64,000 nt of DNA from the IMG/VR virus record IMGVR_UViG_3300046822_000192, one strand, 5' to 3'. Source of the DNA: an uncultured virus (IMG/VR IMGVR_UViG_3300046822_000192) (lineage: Duplodnaviria > Heunggongvirae > Uroviricota > Caudoviricetes). The notes below the pieces were generated by a model. That model had not been told where the DNA came from, searched no databases, and saw nothing but the letters and a program-made list of their open reading frames with translations. Shown here piece by piece: positions 9,839 through 20,230 of the stretch (within the stretch, counting starts at the first letter, position 1; each line of letters starts with the position of its first letter). The position numbers and the translations under genes were made by a program.

Positions 9839-10071
9839 ATCTTCTCCTCTGCTTCCACGATTACGGTTCCTTGATCGGACACCGGATAGCCGAAGTCCGT
9901 TTCGGATTCATTCGGCCACAGTGAGCCGCTCAGCGGAGCCTGATAGAATCCGCCGCACTCTGAATTGCACAACGACAATCCACTCGGTGCGCTTCGTCCA
10001 ATCGGCTGCTTGGTACGACCGCAGATAACGCACTCGACCATTGCGCCGAATTTGTTAGGATTTAGTTCCAT
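9835..10071 (-). CDS. Cys-rich hypothetical protein
   Basis: CVIC...CNSEC; GAGG RBS. Confidence 0.6.
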   Translation of the reverse strand: MELNPNKFGAMVECVICGRTKQPIGRSAPSGLSLCNSECGGFYQAPLSGSLWPNESETDFGYPVSDQGTVIVEAEEKI

Positions 10072-10459
10072 GTTTTTCCTCTGCTTTCACGATGGCGCGG
10101 GCGATGGCTTCAGCGATGTCGTCACCGCGCTGAAATGTTATTATCGTGAGGTTCTGATTCCTGGTTATCATCCCGCGTCGGAAGATGAACACGCGTAGCA
10201 GGTCCGTCTCCTTGATCCGCCATCCATAATTGCGTTTCTTGCAATAATCACGAAGCGCAGAGCACGCCACGCCAATGTCGGACTCGATGGCGGGGAGGCC
10301 TGCAATATTCGCCAGCCGGACGCCGCAGCCGGTCATGCATCCATTCTCTTTACCGCACCACGGGTGATGCCAGAAGCGGTCGCCGTGATGCCACCCCAGC
10401 GCCTCGCAGCAAGCTTTACGTAATTCGAGTCCAGTGAGCTGTCTCTCGCCTTTTTCCAT
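10055..10459 (-). CDS. Hypothetical protein, weakly NinX-like
   Basis: EL...EALGW start and AEAIARAIV end. Confidence 0.55.
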   Translation of the reverse strand: MEKGERQLTGLELRKACCEALGWHHGDRFWHHPWCGKENGCMTGCGVRLANIAGLPAIESDIGVACSALRDYCKKRNYGWRIKETDLLRVFIFRRGMITRNQNLTIITFQRGDDIAEAIARAIVKAEEKHGTKS

Positions 10460-10460
10460 G

Positions 10461-10859
10461 TCAATTCTTCTTACTGTTTCGCCAGAGAGTTTGAGTCTCC
10501 AACGCTGTCGATAGGAATTGCCGTCTGCGGTGCTCGTAATCGATACCCCGATTTTTCAGTTCATCGCAGTAGTGTATAGAGTCTAACATTTCCTGGAACA
10601 GTTCCTCCATCGGATCGCCATCAAATTCTGTACTGTTTCGGTGAGATAGTACACCGTCTGCATATTTCAAGTCAAGCGCTTCTTTAATAGGAAGTTTGAT
10701 GTACCGGTAGAAAGAGCTGGAAGAGTCCAGTTGCAGTTCGGACGCCGGTTTACATGCCATGAGTTTGAGAAATATAGCGGCACGTTCCGTAGAAGTAAAC
10801 CCGCTATGATGAGACTCAAGTAGTTCGCAAATGATCTCTGAGGCTTTCGAGGCACTCAT
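10461..10859 (-). CDS. Hypothetical protein
   Basis: KY...DGDPMEELFQEMLDSIHY could be a dATP/dGTP diphosphohydrolase-like helix (weak). Confidence 0.55.
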   Translation of the reverse strand: MSASKASEIICELLESHHSGFTSTERAAIFLKLMACKPASELQLDSSSSFYRYIKLPIKEALDLKYADGVLSHRNSTEFDGDPMEELFQEMLDSIHYCDELKNRGIDYEHRRRQFLSTALETQTLWRNSKKN

Positions 10860-11119
10860 GCGATAGGCGTTCCAGTAACGGGATTTGGTGTTCCAGTAAC
10901 GGGATTTTGTGTAATTTTAGGTCTACGTCCGCGACCGGCTAATTTCGGGCGGTCCCAGTGTTTGGATTTACATGTCGGGCAAATGCGCGGCAGTCCCTCG
11001 GAGAGCTTACTACGTTTCTCCCAGTTATGTCCGCACTTCTGGCAAGAGTAGCCGGTAGCGGTAATGTGCGGCCCTTCGGGGGCTATGATTCCTGTGACTA
11101 AGATGATTTTAGATTCCAT
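10856..11119 (-). CDS. Zn-ribbon protein
   Basis: CQKCGHNW...PRICPTCKSKHW; NPVTGTP x2 at C-terminus. Confidence 0.75.
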   Translation of the reverse strand: MESKIILVTGIIAPEGPHITATGYSCQKCGHNWEKRSKLSEGLPRICPTCKSKHWDRPKLAGRGRRPKITQNPVTGTPNPVTGTPIA

Positions 11120-11515
11120 GCCGGGGAGTGTACCACAACTTGTACGTAGTTAGGTGGATATTCGTAATGATACCCGCAAATACCCGCAAATTGGACGATC
11201 GGCAAAGAATAGCTGTACACGCGGGGTACTGGGGCATTGGGGCACACAATTGTGTATATTTATACATTTACACATGTCATACGTGGCACACGCGGAGATT
11301 GGCTAGTGTAATCTCCGCACTATCTATATAGAAAAAGCACTTCCGGTTCTGTCGAATTCAGTCTATCACACTTATCGTATAAATGGAAGATATACGAAGA
11401 AGCGTAAATGTGTATGAGTATTCGACTTGTGCTCCAATACCCCATGCATGCAGGTAGCACATGATGTGTAAATGTCTATGACACAGTGATACAATCCAGC
11501 GTGGGGTAAGAAATT

Positions 11516-11767
11516 ATGCGTTTGAATGTTGATCTCGATCCAGCCGTTCATGCGGCGTTTAAGGTCCGATGCGCCATGACCGGTATTAGTATGTCTGCGC
11601 AGGTCCAGGAGTGGATTTCGCGGGAATTGCAGGCTGAACCACGGCAGCGTAAGCTTGCGTTGTCACAGCTCGATAAAGACCGGGATATCATGCGCACGGC
11701 TGGCGGTATACTCAGTATGATCCAAGAAGTGGAAAATAAGTCTGGAGATACCGATGATGGCGAGTAA
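11516..11767 (+). CDS. Ribbon-helix-helix (ParG/CopG-like) DNA-binding protein
   Basis: MRLNVDLDPAVHAAFKVRCAMTGISMSAQVQEWI. Confidence 0.75.
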   Translation: MRLNVDLDPAVHAAFKVRCAMTGISMSAQVQEWISRELQAEPRQRKLALSQLDKDRDIMRTAGGILSMIQEVENKSGDTDDGE

Positions 11768-12098
11768 TCCATATCTCGGACTCGACCCGGAGCGCAAGAA
11801 AGCGTTTGATAAAGTCCAGTCGCATGAGAAGCCGTCACAGATTCCCGTAATCGTGACTCGCGAAAGTTATCAGCGGGCACTGGCTCACGGTAAGATGGAA
11901 GGCGGCATTTGGGGCTGCATGCTCAGCGGTGCACGATTTCAAGCTCGAATGGTTATGCGCAATGTTTACGACTCAAACAGTCAACTCGTTGACCGATCGC
12001 CAGTCGCGGAACTGTATTGTAGCGGCTGTGAGAAGCCTCCGACCACCCCGGCTGAGGCGGCGGTCTGGAGTGCTGATCTCACGACTGTGAGTATGTAA
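11757..12098 (+). CDS. Hypothetical protein
   Basis: GGAG RBS; overlaps upstream gene. Confidence 0.6.
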   Translation: MASNPYLGLDPERKKAFDKVQSHEKPSQIPVIVTRESYQRALAHGKMEGGIWGCMLSGARFQARMVMRNVYDSNSQLVDRSPVAELYCSGCEKPPTTPAEAAVWSADLTTVSM

Positions 12099-12576
12099 TC
12101 GGCTTGGTATCTGTATAGCAGAGCGGATATATTTCAGCATCAAGCAGTTTGAGTGCGGGGGTTTTCCAGCAAGTGCACGGACTCCAGTAGTTTTTGTAGT
12201 TTAGGCATTCTTCTGTGTGTGCTCCCTCAAAAACTTTCGAACGGATTACCTTGAGTCTGTAACACAATTCAGAGTCTTGTACCGGCGTTTTGCCGGTCTG
12301 CGTATCCAGTTCGCGCAGCAATTCATCACGGTCACGCTGTAATGCAGCAATGCGGCTCAGGTGATCAGATGTGAAATTTTCAGGCTCGATCCCAAGAATC
12401 TCGCCAATGGACCGGTTTACATTCATGATAGCGGAGCGGATATCATCTGCGTTTCGTCGAATCAGCGGAATTATAGCCTCCACCGCATTTTTTGCATCTT
12501 TCAGTCCGAGTACTGGGAACATATCCCGGAGTTTTTTGATTGCTTTTATTTTCCGGTCTGTATCACTTACCATCAT
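12079..12576 (-). CDS. Protein with ribosomal bL12 (L7/L12) CTD-like N-terminus and C-terminal CxCWK module
   Basis: KIKAIKKLRDMFPVLGLKDAKNAVE; AAGGAG RBS. Confidence 0.65.
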   Translation of the reverse strand: MMVSDTDRKIKAIKKLRDMFPVLGLKDAKNAVEAIIPLIRRNADDIRSAIMNVNRSIGEILGIEPENFTSDHLSRIAALQRDRDELLRELDTQTGKTPVQDSELCYRLKVIRSKVFEGAHTEECLNYKNYWSPCTCWKTPALKLLDAEIYPLCYTDTKPITYSQS

Positions 12577-12958
12577 TGTTAATTCTCCTTTATAGAACCT
12601 TGTATCGACGGAAGCAGCGGCGGCACTCTTTCCAACCGTTGCCGGGCATCATGAACCCGCCGTCTTGGCGACGATGAATATTCTCACAAATCCACTTCGG
12701 AAGTCCAGCTCGAAATTTACGAATCGATGTATGAATTCTGCTCACTGCTGTGTTCTCAGTTTCTCAGTTTCTCAGCAACCATATGCAGCAAACTTGCAAC
12801 CGCTTCTATGTCATCACCGGGCACCAGAAGTGTGAATTTTATAGCCTGAATAAGCTTGTTTATCGCTTTATCATGCTCTGCATATGTGCCACACAGGATT
12901 TTATTAGCTAGGATTGCATGACGCAACCTTAATGCAATCCGGAAAGCGTTATACACTT

Positions 12959-13480
12959 TCATCGTCCCACTATCCCCAAGCAGCGGGAGAACAGTTTTTG
13001 TTTGTCCACGTTCTTGTGTTTACGCAACAGCTTGCGAATTGCGTAACTTAGGCCGGTAATTTCGGCATTTTCAGCGGCCCGCTCTGCAGCTTCAAGAAAG
13101 AGTGTCTTTAATCCGTCCGTAATCGCGAGGTCGAATTTTAATCCACGGAGAAGTGTATCGGATATGCCTCCATTGAAGACACTTTCAAGAGCACGCCCTA
13201 CAGCACTGTTTTGGCCTCGACGGAAATTGAAATTTGGAGCGTCTTCCGGAGTACAGACACTGATACCGAGAACGCCGGTATACAAGTTCTGACCTATAAC
13301 AATAATCGCGACGGTTGCGATATAGCCATTGGTATGACGCACTGCTGGAAACGTATAGATAGTGCAGTCCTGCCGACTTGTTTTCCCTGCCGGGCCGAAT
13401 ATATCTGGCACGCTAAGGCTACATATAGACCGCTCGACGGGCTGTACAGGATTGATGAAAGAGAGTTTTTTGTTAAGCAT
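12959..13480 (-). CDS. Hypothetical protein
   Basis: GISVCTPED..NFNFRRGQNSAVGRA, a recurrent phage motif. Confidence 0.65.
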   Translation of the reverse strand: MLNKKLSFINPVQPVERSICSLSVPDIFGPAGKTSRQDCTIYTFPAVRHTNGYIATVAIIVIGQNLYTGVLGISVCTPEDAPNFNFRRGQNSAVGRALESVFNGGISDTLLRGLKFDLAITDGLKTLFLEAAERAAENAEITGLSYAIRKLLRKHKNVDKQKLFSRCLGIVGR

Positions 13481-13488
13481 TTTCTGTT

Positions 13489-13680
13489 TTACCTGCGCGA
13501 TCGGTCAACGGTGATGTGACCGAGATCTTCAAGAATGGCAATTGCCTCTTCCAGTGTTTCAGCCTGTTTGGCGGTTTCGTTGTTCGCCAGAGCATCGGAA
13601 GCCCATGCCATAATCTCGCTGGCTTTGACCCACCGGGTTTCGGGATAGATCAGTTTGACGTTCAAAGTAGGGGTGATCAT
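13489..13680 (-). CDS. Hypothetical protein
   Basis: ORF in minus-strand cluster. Confidence 0.55.
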   Translation of the reverse strand: MITPTLNVKLIYPETRWVKASEIMAWASDALANNETAKQAETLEEAIAILEDLGHITVDRSRR

Positions 13681-14016
13681 TACGCTTTCACCCCACGCGC
13701 TTCGATAGCAGCCTTAAACTGCTTTCGTTGTTTTGCCGCCTTGTGGAATCCGAGCTTCGCGACCTTCTCTTCGAGGGTGAGACCGGAATACACAGCATTT
13801 CGTGTAATTGCCTCACTCCTTTTCTGTTCTTTTGATTTCATCGGCTTTGCCTCCATCTAAACGTTTCGGACGAATGAGAATGTAACAGAGTCTAGGTGTA
13901 ATTGTCAAATCTTTTTATTTACCTTTTGTGCTAAAACGGAAATCGAATTTCCGAAAATTCTACGGCGAAAATAGGTTTTTTAATTGACATGGGTTATTGT
14001 GGTATGATATAGCCCG

Positions 14017-15543
14017 ATGCCGCGCAAGAAAAAGTCTGTAAGTCCATCAATTAGTGGAGAACAAGCAGCCCTTCTAAAGAACTTGACGTCAGCAATCCTG
14101 ACGCGCAAGAAATTTGCGGAGAGTCTCGGTTATCAATTCAATGGCCAGCGTTCGCTGTATGACGTACTCGGCTACAAGATATCTCTTGTATTTCAAGACT
14201 ACTATGCCGCGTATGATCGTGGGGATATCGCACAGCGTATCGTGGATGCTCCGCCAAACGCTACGTGGCGACGAAAGCCTATCATTTCTAATGGGGGTGA
14301 TCCGAAGCAGTTCACGAAGTTTGAGACAGATTGGGCAAAGCTTGTCCAACTACGTAAAGTTTTCCATTACATGGAACGCGCAGACCGGCTTGCAGGTATC
14401 GGAGAGTATGGCGCTCTTCTAATTGGTACAGATGACGTTCGCCAACAAGATGATATGCAACTGCCGATGGCTAAATTGCGTCACGGTATCAATAGCGTGC
14501 TCTATCTCGCGCCGTTATCGCAAGAGTTCTGCGAAGTACAGACGGCAGATCCGAACCCGGCATCTCCACGATATGGCTTGCCGGAATTCTATTCCGTGAT
14601 GATTGCTGAGAATAACAGCATCGCTAGTGAGCAGAATATAGCTCGCAATTCCAAGATTCCAGTTCATTGGAGTCGTATTATCCATGTTGCCGAGAATCTA
14701 AAAGAGAATGATATCTACGGTACTCCTAGACTCCGTCATGTGATGAACAGACTCTATGACCTGGATAAGATTGCAGGTGGAGCTGCCGAGATCTTCTGGC
14801 AAGCTGCAAAGCGTATCATGGTCCTGCAGGCTAAAGATAACTTCGCGGCAGTCGATTCCGATGACGCGCTTACAGATATGATGGACGAGCTTATCCACGG
14901 TCTGCGCCGGGTTGTGGATGTCCAGGGTTATGATGTGAAAACTTTGGAAAGCTCTGACGTCAAGCCGGACGAAGCATTTCGCGTTACGGTAGCTTTAATT
15001 TCCAGCGCAACCGGTATTCCGCAGCGTATCTTACTTGGCAGCGAAGAGGGTAAGATGGCCAGTGAACAGGATGAAGTGAACTGGAATGGTAAAATTACCG
15101 ATCGTCAGACTAACTTTGCAGAACCGGTTATCCTGCGTCCATTTATCGATAGACTTATTCTAGCTGGCGCACTGTCAAATCCAGGAAACGAATATATCGT
15201 TTCATGGCCATCATTGTTTGAGTTATCGGATAAGGAGAAGGCTACTGTTGGTTTGATTAGAGCCAAAGCTATCGCAGCGTATGTTGGAATGGGCGGAGTC
15301 AACGCCGCTTTCTCTGAAATTATTTCCCCGGTTGAAGAGTTTCGAAGAGAAGTGCTTGGACTGCGGTCCGAAGCAGCTGAGACACTTGACGGTTCGCTGG
15401 AGGGTGATGGTGCTGTAAGTGCATTCCCGGCTGCCGTGAATCCGGCTGCCACATCAGATGCCGGTACGCCTCCGAGTATTATCGATCCAGAAAACGCCGC
15501 TACGGTAAAGCCGGTCGGCAAAGCAGACCAACCTAACGCATAG
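14017..15543 (+). CDS. Portal protein (DUF1073 type)
   Basis: IAQRIVDAPP, YGLPEFY, VHWSRIIH, ATGIPQRILLG, WPSL. Confidence 0.9.
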   Translation: MPRKKKSVSPSISGEQAALLKNLTSAILTRKKFAESLGYQFNGQRSLYDVLGYKISLVFQDYYAAYDRGDIAQRIVDAPPNATWRRKPIISNGGDPKQFTKFETDWAKLVQLRKVFHYMERADRLAGIGEYGALLIGTDDVRQQDDMQLPMAKLRHGINSVLYLAPLSQEFCEVQTADPNPASPRYGLPEFYSVMIAENNSIASEQNIARNSKIPVHWSRIIHVAENLKENDIYGTPRLRHVMNRLYDLDKIAGGAAEIFWQAAKRIMVLQAKDNFAAVDSDDALTDMMDELIHGLRRVVDVQGYDVKTLESSDVKPDEAFRVTVALISSATGIPQRILLGSEEGKMASEQDEVNWNGKITDRQTNFAEPVILRPFIDRLILAGALSNPGNEYIVSWPSLFELSDKEKATVGLIRAKAIAAYVGMGGVNAAFSEIISPVEEFRREVLGLRSEAAETLDGSLEGDGAVSAFPAAVNPAATSDAGTPPSIIDPENAATVKPVGKADQPNA

Positions 15544-15558
15544 AAAGGCTATCTCGCC

Positions 15559-16569
15559 GTGTACAAATTTCAGGCTGCAGTTCTCGAAGAACTAAACCAA
15601 CCGTTCGTGATAAGAGAGCTGTGTCATTCCAGTTCATTAGATATCGGGCAAGTTTTAGTCCGTGTGAAGTATGCCGGTATCTGTGGTGCCCAGCTTGGAG
15701 AACAGGCAGGGATAAAAGGTCCTGACAGATATCTACCTCACTGTGTCGGGCATGAAGGTGGTGGAATTGTCGAGGATACGGGACCGGGTGTAAAGTACGT
15801 CAAGCCAGGAGATCATGTTGTTATCCACTGGCGTAAAGGGGTTGGTATCGATGCTAAGTTTCCAGCCTATGAGTGGGCAGAAGAGACTCGGGGCGCTGTG
15901 CGTGTCGGTGCCGGAGCAAACAATACATGGCAGGAGTACTCGATCGTCTCTGAAAACCGCGTTACGAAGATCGATGATGATGTGCCGTTAGATATTGCGG
16001 CTCTTCTAGGCTGTGCTGTTACTACGGGAATTGGAGTTGTCGCGAATGATGCTCGTGTGAAAATAGGCGAAAGCGTCATTGTTTACGGTTGTGGCGGGGT
16101 TGGACTGACTATCCTCCAGGCGTGCAAACTTGCAGGAGCATACCCGATTATCGGTGTAGATATTAATCCTGATAAACTGAGATTAGCTGCAAATAACGGT
16201 GCAACACACAGCGAATTGTATCTGGAAGATCATCCGCACGCGGACGTGGCTATCGATACTACTGGAATTCCAAGTGTGATGGAAAGGGCTTGGAAATCTG
16301 CCGACCGTGTATGTTTTGTTGCACAATTACCCCTTGATAAGACACTTTCGTTACAGACAATACCATTCCAAAGTGGGCGTCAGCTATTTGGCAGCGACGG
16401 AGGATCGACTAATCCGACCGTGGACATTCCTAAATATATAAGGCTGTACAAGGCCGGTCGATTGCCAATAGACAATCTGATCACACATCGAATTAAACTA
16501 CCTCAACTGGATGAGACGATTGCAGATATCCGTGCTGGTAATATCGGACGTGCTGTTATTGAACTATAG
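15559..16569 (+). CDS. Zn-dependent alcohol dehydrogenase (MDR family)
   Basis: GICGAQ, GHEG, LLGCAVTTG, GCGGVG. Confidence 0.9.
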   Translation: MYKFQAAVLEELNQPFVIRELCHSSSLDIGQVLVRVKYAGICGAQLGEQAGIKGPDRYLPHCVGHEGGGIVEDTGPGVKYVKPGDHVVIHWRKGVGIDAKFPAYEWAEETRGAVRVGAGANNTWQEYSIVSENRVTKIDDDVPLDIAALLGCAVTTGIGVVANDARVKIGESVIVYGCGGVGLTILQACKLAGAYPIIGVDINPDKLRLAANNGATHSELYLEDHPHADVAIDTTGIPSVMERAWKSADRVCFVAQLPLDKTLSLQTIPFQSGRQLFGSDGGSTNPTVDIPKYIRLYKAGRLPIDNLITHRIKLPQLDETIADIRAGNIGRAVIEL

Positions 16570-16570
16570 G

Positions 16571-16852
16571 TCAGAACTTGTATACTAACCAACGTACAAA
16601 TTTACCCATTAGGGTTTGGCGTGGTTCGAAATTGCGAGCGTCCGGCCCGCATCTTGATATATTCTGCCGTTCGCTTGCGCAGGTATTGCAGTCACTTTCG
16701 GTCGTATCATAAGCAGCGCTGTAAGTAGGCCATTGTCCCGTGACTACGTTATTCGGATTACGAATCCGTTTTTTTGTAGTTGCACAAAACGCCTGATGAC
16801 TAAACAACGATTGTCTGAAATGTCGGCAGTCGATACAGAATTTTACTTGCAT
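16571..16852 (-). CDS. Cys-rich hypothetical protein
   Basis: CIDCRHF...C..ER...CGPDARNFEP. Confidence 0.7.
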   Translation of the reverse strand: MQVKFCIDCRHFRQSLFSHQAFCATTKKRIRNPNNVVTGQWPTYSAAYDTTESDCNTCASERQNISRCGPDARNFEPRQTLMGKFVRWLVYKF

Positions 16853-17097
16853 GTATGTACTTTGCGCACAGCCGCCTCAGACATTGGAACCCAGAGCCTG
16901 CCGTCCGGCGTAACCAGAACAATCTGTTTAAGATCGTCAGTATCTGTATCCATGAAACCGTCAGCGACCAGTAATGTATCACCCATACTGAGAATAGCCG
17001 ACACTCTCGGGCCAATTCCGGCTGATTTACGGGCCAGTGCAATCGCACTCGCAATACTGAATTTAGGTTTTTTTGATGTTGACAATTTTTTTGCCAT
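16843..17097 (-). CDS. Hypothetical protein, probably leaderless
   Basis: TTGACT-17-TATAAC ends 7 nt before ATG. Confidence 0.6.
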   Translation of the reverse strand: MAKKLSTSKKPKFSIASAIALARKSAGIGPRVSAILSMGDTLLVADGFMDTDTDDLKQIVLVTPDGRLWVPMSEAAVRKVHTCK

Positions 17098-17160
17098 GAG
17101 CTGTGTTATACTCCGTTCCGTTCGCGGAGTCAAGTCAAATCGAAAGGTTCCCTTTCTCGC

Positions 17161-19044
17161 ATGAAAGTCCGTCCAAACACATGGGATGCCGCCATTGCAC
17201 AGGCAATCACAACAGATAATTCCTATAATCTCCCAGAAAATCTAGAAGGTCAAGTTATTGTTGATGTCGGAGCGCATATCGGTGCATTCGCAGAGGCGTG
17301 CCGGGATCGTGGAGCTGCGCGTATCGTATGCTTTGAACCGGACAAGAGTAATTTTGAACTTCTAACTGTCAACAATGGCGGGAGCAATACCGACATTTAC
17401 AATACTGCGGTTACCGGTAAGCGGTCAGTAGGATTGAAACTCAGGCGTCTGCAAGCTGTAGATTACGGGAATGGTATCCATACCGGACGTGTAGACGTGT
17501 TTGGGTATGATGAGCAGAAAGGATTTTCTAGTATCAGTCTGGATGAAGTCTTGGAACTTATTCAGACTCCGGTAGATATCCTAAAACTTAGCTGTCAAGG
17601 TTCGGAGTGGGGTATCTTCGAGCACAGTTCCTTTGCCGGTGTCAAGAATATCATCGCGGAATTACATCCGATAACCTCCGGTGATCACCCATCTATTGAA
17701 ACCTATAAAGACAAGAGTCTGTCTGAACTGGCACAACAAGCTGTTCGTCAGCTGCGCCAGAAAGGATTTCTTGCTAAAGTCAGAATGCGCGACAAAGGTA
17801 CTGCATTGCTTACTGCCGCGCCAGCTACGGCAATATCGGTTGCTAGAGCCTCAACAAAGAAAGTTCTGTGGATCGGTCACGCTGGTGTGGTTTCCGGTTA
17901 CGGAAAGGTAACAGAAAACATTTGTACCCGGCTATATGAAAAGGGCTGGGATGTCAGTGTGTACGGTATCGGTTATACCGGGGAGCCGCACAAGATGCCA
18001 TATCCGATTTTCCCGGAAGATCCTACCGGCCAAAAGCTGCAAGGTATCCTGACGCGAGTCGATCCTGACATTGTAGTTGTTCTGGATGACCACTGGAACG
18101 TAGCGATACAGATGGAAATGCTAGCTAGTATGGGCAAGTTTCCTCCCGTGGTAGGCTATATCGCGGTGGACTCTGAGAATGTGCGCCGGGAAACTTGTGC
18201 GCAGTTACGTACTCTAAAACATACAATTGTCCACACGGAATACGGTATCGGTGAACTAGCTAAAGCTGGATTCACCGGGTCGTACAGTGTTGCCGGTCAC
18301 GGTGTAGATAGTTCCTTGTACATGCCATACGATAAGGCAGATGCTCGCCGTAAGATGCAGATTAGTATTGCCGGAAAATCTGTAGAAGACGCGTTTATCT
18401 GGGGTGTTGTCGGTATGAACCAGCCGCGTAAGCGCATTGATTTATCCATGGCATTCTTCGCGGCATGGTGGAAAGCTGCCGGTAAACCGGACAATGCGTA
18501 CCTCTACTTGCACACAAACTTTAGGGGTGGAGTATGGAATATCCCGCAGTTGGCTGAATTCCTCGGCATTAAAGGTCATGTGATGACTACGGCGAAGGAA
18601 GGCATACCGGAAAATAGTATGCCCGCGATGTACAGCATATTCGATTGTATGATCTCTACCTCGGAAGGTGAGAGCTGGGGAATGTGTAATCACGAAGGTA
18701 TGGCATGTGGCATTCCACAAATTGCTGTCCAGTGCGGCGGTATGGCAGACTGGGCTAAAGATGCTATGTTGTGGGTCAAGCCGTCACATTACGCCTTTAC
18801 TCCAAATGGAATGAATACCAAGCGCTACATAGCGTCAGAGCGGGATTTCGTTGATGCTATGCAGCGTATGTATTTGCACCCGGAATTGCGCGAAGACTAC
18901 AGCAAGCGTGCAATCGAGCTAACAAAAACTCTACCGTCCTGGGATGATATAGGAGATCACTTTCACGATAGCCTGCTGTCCACAATTCGAAAGGTTGAGG
19001 GTGCAAAAGCGTTCGATGCTGCTGCAGAGTTCGATAATGAGTAG
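17161..19044 (+). CDS. FkbM-family methyltransferase fused to GT4 glycosyltransferase
   Basis: VDVGAHIG, FEP, DILKLSCQGSE; then SGYG, NQPRKR, STSEGESWGMCNHEGMACGIP. Confidence 0.9.
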   Translation: MKVRPNTWDAAIAQAITTDNSYNLPENLEGQVIVDVGAHIGAFAEACRDRGAARIVCFEPDKSNFELLTVNNGGSNTDIYNTAVTGKRSVGLKLRRLQAVDYGNGIHTGRVDVFGYDEQKGFSSISLDEVLELIQTPVDILKLSCQGSEWGIFEHSSFAGVKNIIAELHPITSGDHPSIETYKDKSLSELAQQAVRQLRQKGFLAKVRMRDKGTALLTAAPATAISVARASTKKVLWIGHAGVVSGYGKVTENICTRLYEKGWDVSVYGIGYTGEPHKMPYPIFPEDPTGQKLQGILTRVDPDIVVVLDDHWNVAIQMEMLASMGKFPPVVGYIAVDSENVRRETCAQLRTLKHTIVHTEYGIGELAKAGFTGSYSVAGHGVDSSLYMPYDKADARRKMQISIAGKSVEDAFIWGVVGMNQPRKRIDLSMAFFAAWWKAAGKPDNAYLYLHTNFRGGVWNIPQLAEFLGIKGHVMTTAKEGIPENSMPAMYSIFDCMISTSEGESWGMCNHEGMACGIPQIAVQCGGMADWAKDAMLWVKPSHYAFTPNGMNTKRYIASERDFVDAMQRMYLHPELREDYSKRAIELTKTLPSWDDIGDHFHDSLLSTIRKVEGAKAFDAAAEFDNE

Positions 19045-20230
19045 AGCGTTTATCTGCGGTACAGATGTTCCAGACGGTTTATATAGACGGCACTACGACG
19101 CTGCTGCAATCAACTCTCCCATAACTGTGAAAAATATGCCAGCAACCTTGGCAGCGGTGAAAGGGCTGCTCAAGCGCGATGGTGTGTTGTGGGTCACGTA
19201 TCCAATAGCGCAGATACCCGCGAATGATATGGCAAAGGAATTGGAGACTGCAGGTTTCTTCGTTACTAATATCAAAATAACCGGTGAAACTGTAAGTATC
19301 TCCGCTATGCCCGAAGTGCGTATCGAAACGATTACCATCTACGGGCCTCCGGGAGTTGGTGATGTCATCTGGACACTAAATAAAGTTAGAGATATTCGCG
19401 AGCGTGAAGCTCCGTGCAAGATCTGCTATACCGTCTGTGCGAATAAGTTTGCCGGATCGCGATCGTTCGATCTACTCAATAATTGTGGATTGATTGATTC
19501 TTGCACCTTCGAAGAGTTGCCATTGCCACGCGGGCGTGTATGTCCGGATGTGAGTATGCCAATCTACAATCTCTTCGCTAACCCACATGTGGATGCGGGT
19601 ATTCCAGTGTCGGAATGGCTGCCGGAATATAAATGCGATTTCAACATTGAATTTGAATTACCGGAGATTGTCGAACGGCAGGTCAAAGCGCGAATGGGCG
19701 ACCGTAAATACGCAACAGTATATTTTTCTTCGAACGCCTGGAATCAGGAATGTACTGCCGGGCAAGCATGGACTCCCAAAGAATGGGCAGCGACATGTAT
19801 TTATCTTAGTAAACTAGGAATTAAACCGGTTGTACTAGGGCGCGAATGGGACGTCACCTATATTCACCGGGTCGCTGAAGAGATCATCGAAGCTGGCGAG
19901 AATCCGTCAAAAATCTGGATCAACATGGTAAGCAAGACTCCGCTGCTACTGGCGCTAGCTTTGATGAAGAATGCAGTTCTTACAGTAGGTAGCGGCTCCA
20001 GTGGTCTAACGATCACCGCAGCTTATTTAGGCTACAATGTACTGACTCTGTGGCCGAAGCCTGGAGTACTGCCGATCGAGCCATATTTGTGTACATTGAT
20101 TAAAGATGGCTTTTCTACGAAATGGATGCCGCCAGACGTCATGGCACGTGGAAAATATACCGCGTTACATTTTGGCGAATTCACGCTGGACGATGTCAAA
20201 CAAAATATCAATAGAATGGCGGGACTATAA
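19037..20230 (+). CDS. GT-B glycosyltransferase, GT9 (heptosyltransferase)-like
   Basis: PPGVGDVIW; C-terminal SGLTITAAYLG. Confidence 0.65.
   Translation: MSRAFICGTDVPDGLYRRHYDAAAINSPITVKNMPATLAAVKGLLKRDGVLWVTYPIAQIPANDMAKELETAGFFVTNIKITGETVSISAMPEVRIETITIYGPPGVGDVIWTLNKVRDIREREAPCKICYTVCANKFAGSRSFDLLNNCGLIDSCTFEELPLPRGRVCPDVSMPIYNLFANPHVDAGIPVSEWLPEYKCDFNIEFELPEIVERQVKARMGDRKYATVYFSSNAWNQECTAGQAWTPKEWAATCIYLSKLGIKPVVLGREWDVTYIHRVAEEIIEAGENPSKIWINMVSKTPLLLALALMKNAVLTVGSGSSGLTITAAYLGYNVLTLWPKPGVLPIEPYLCTLIKDGFSTKWMPPDVMARGKYTALHFGEFTLDDVKQNINRMAGL

Noticed and set aside
10869..10907. 18-bp direct repeat as a regulatory or att site
   Set aside because: The 21-nt period is in frame and encodes NPVTGTP twice.
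14017..15543. Anti-CBASS Acb1 function (label sometimes given to DUF1073 proteins)
   Set aside because: No 2H phosphoesterase HxT pair seen; motifs and size fit a portal.
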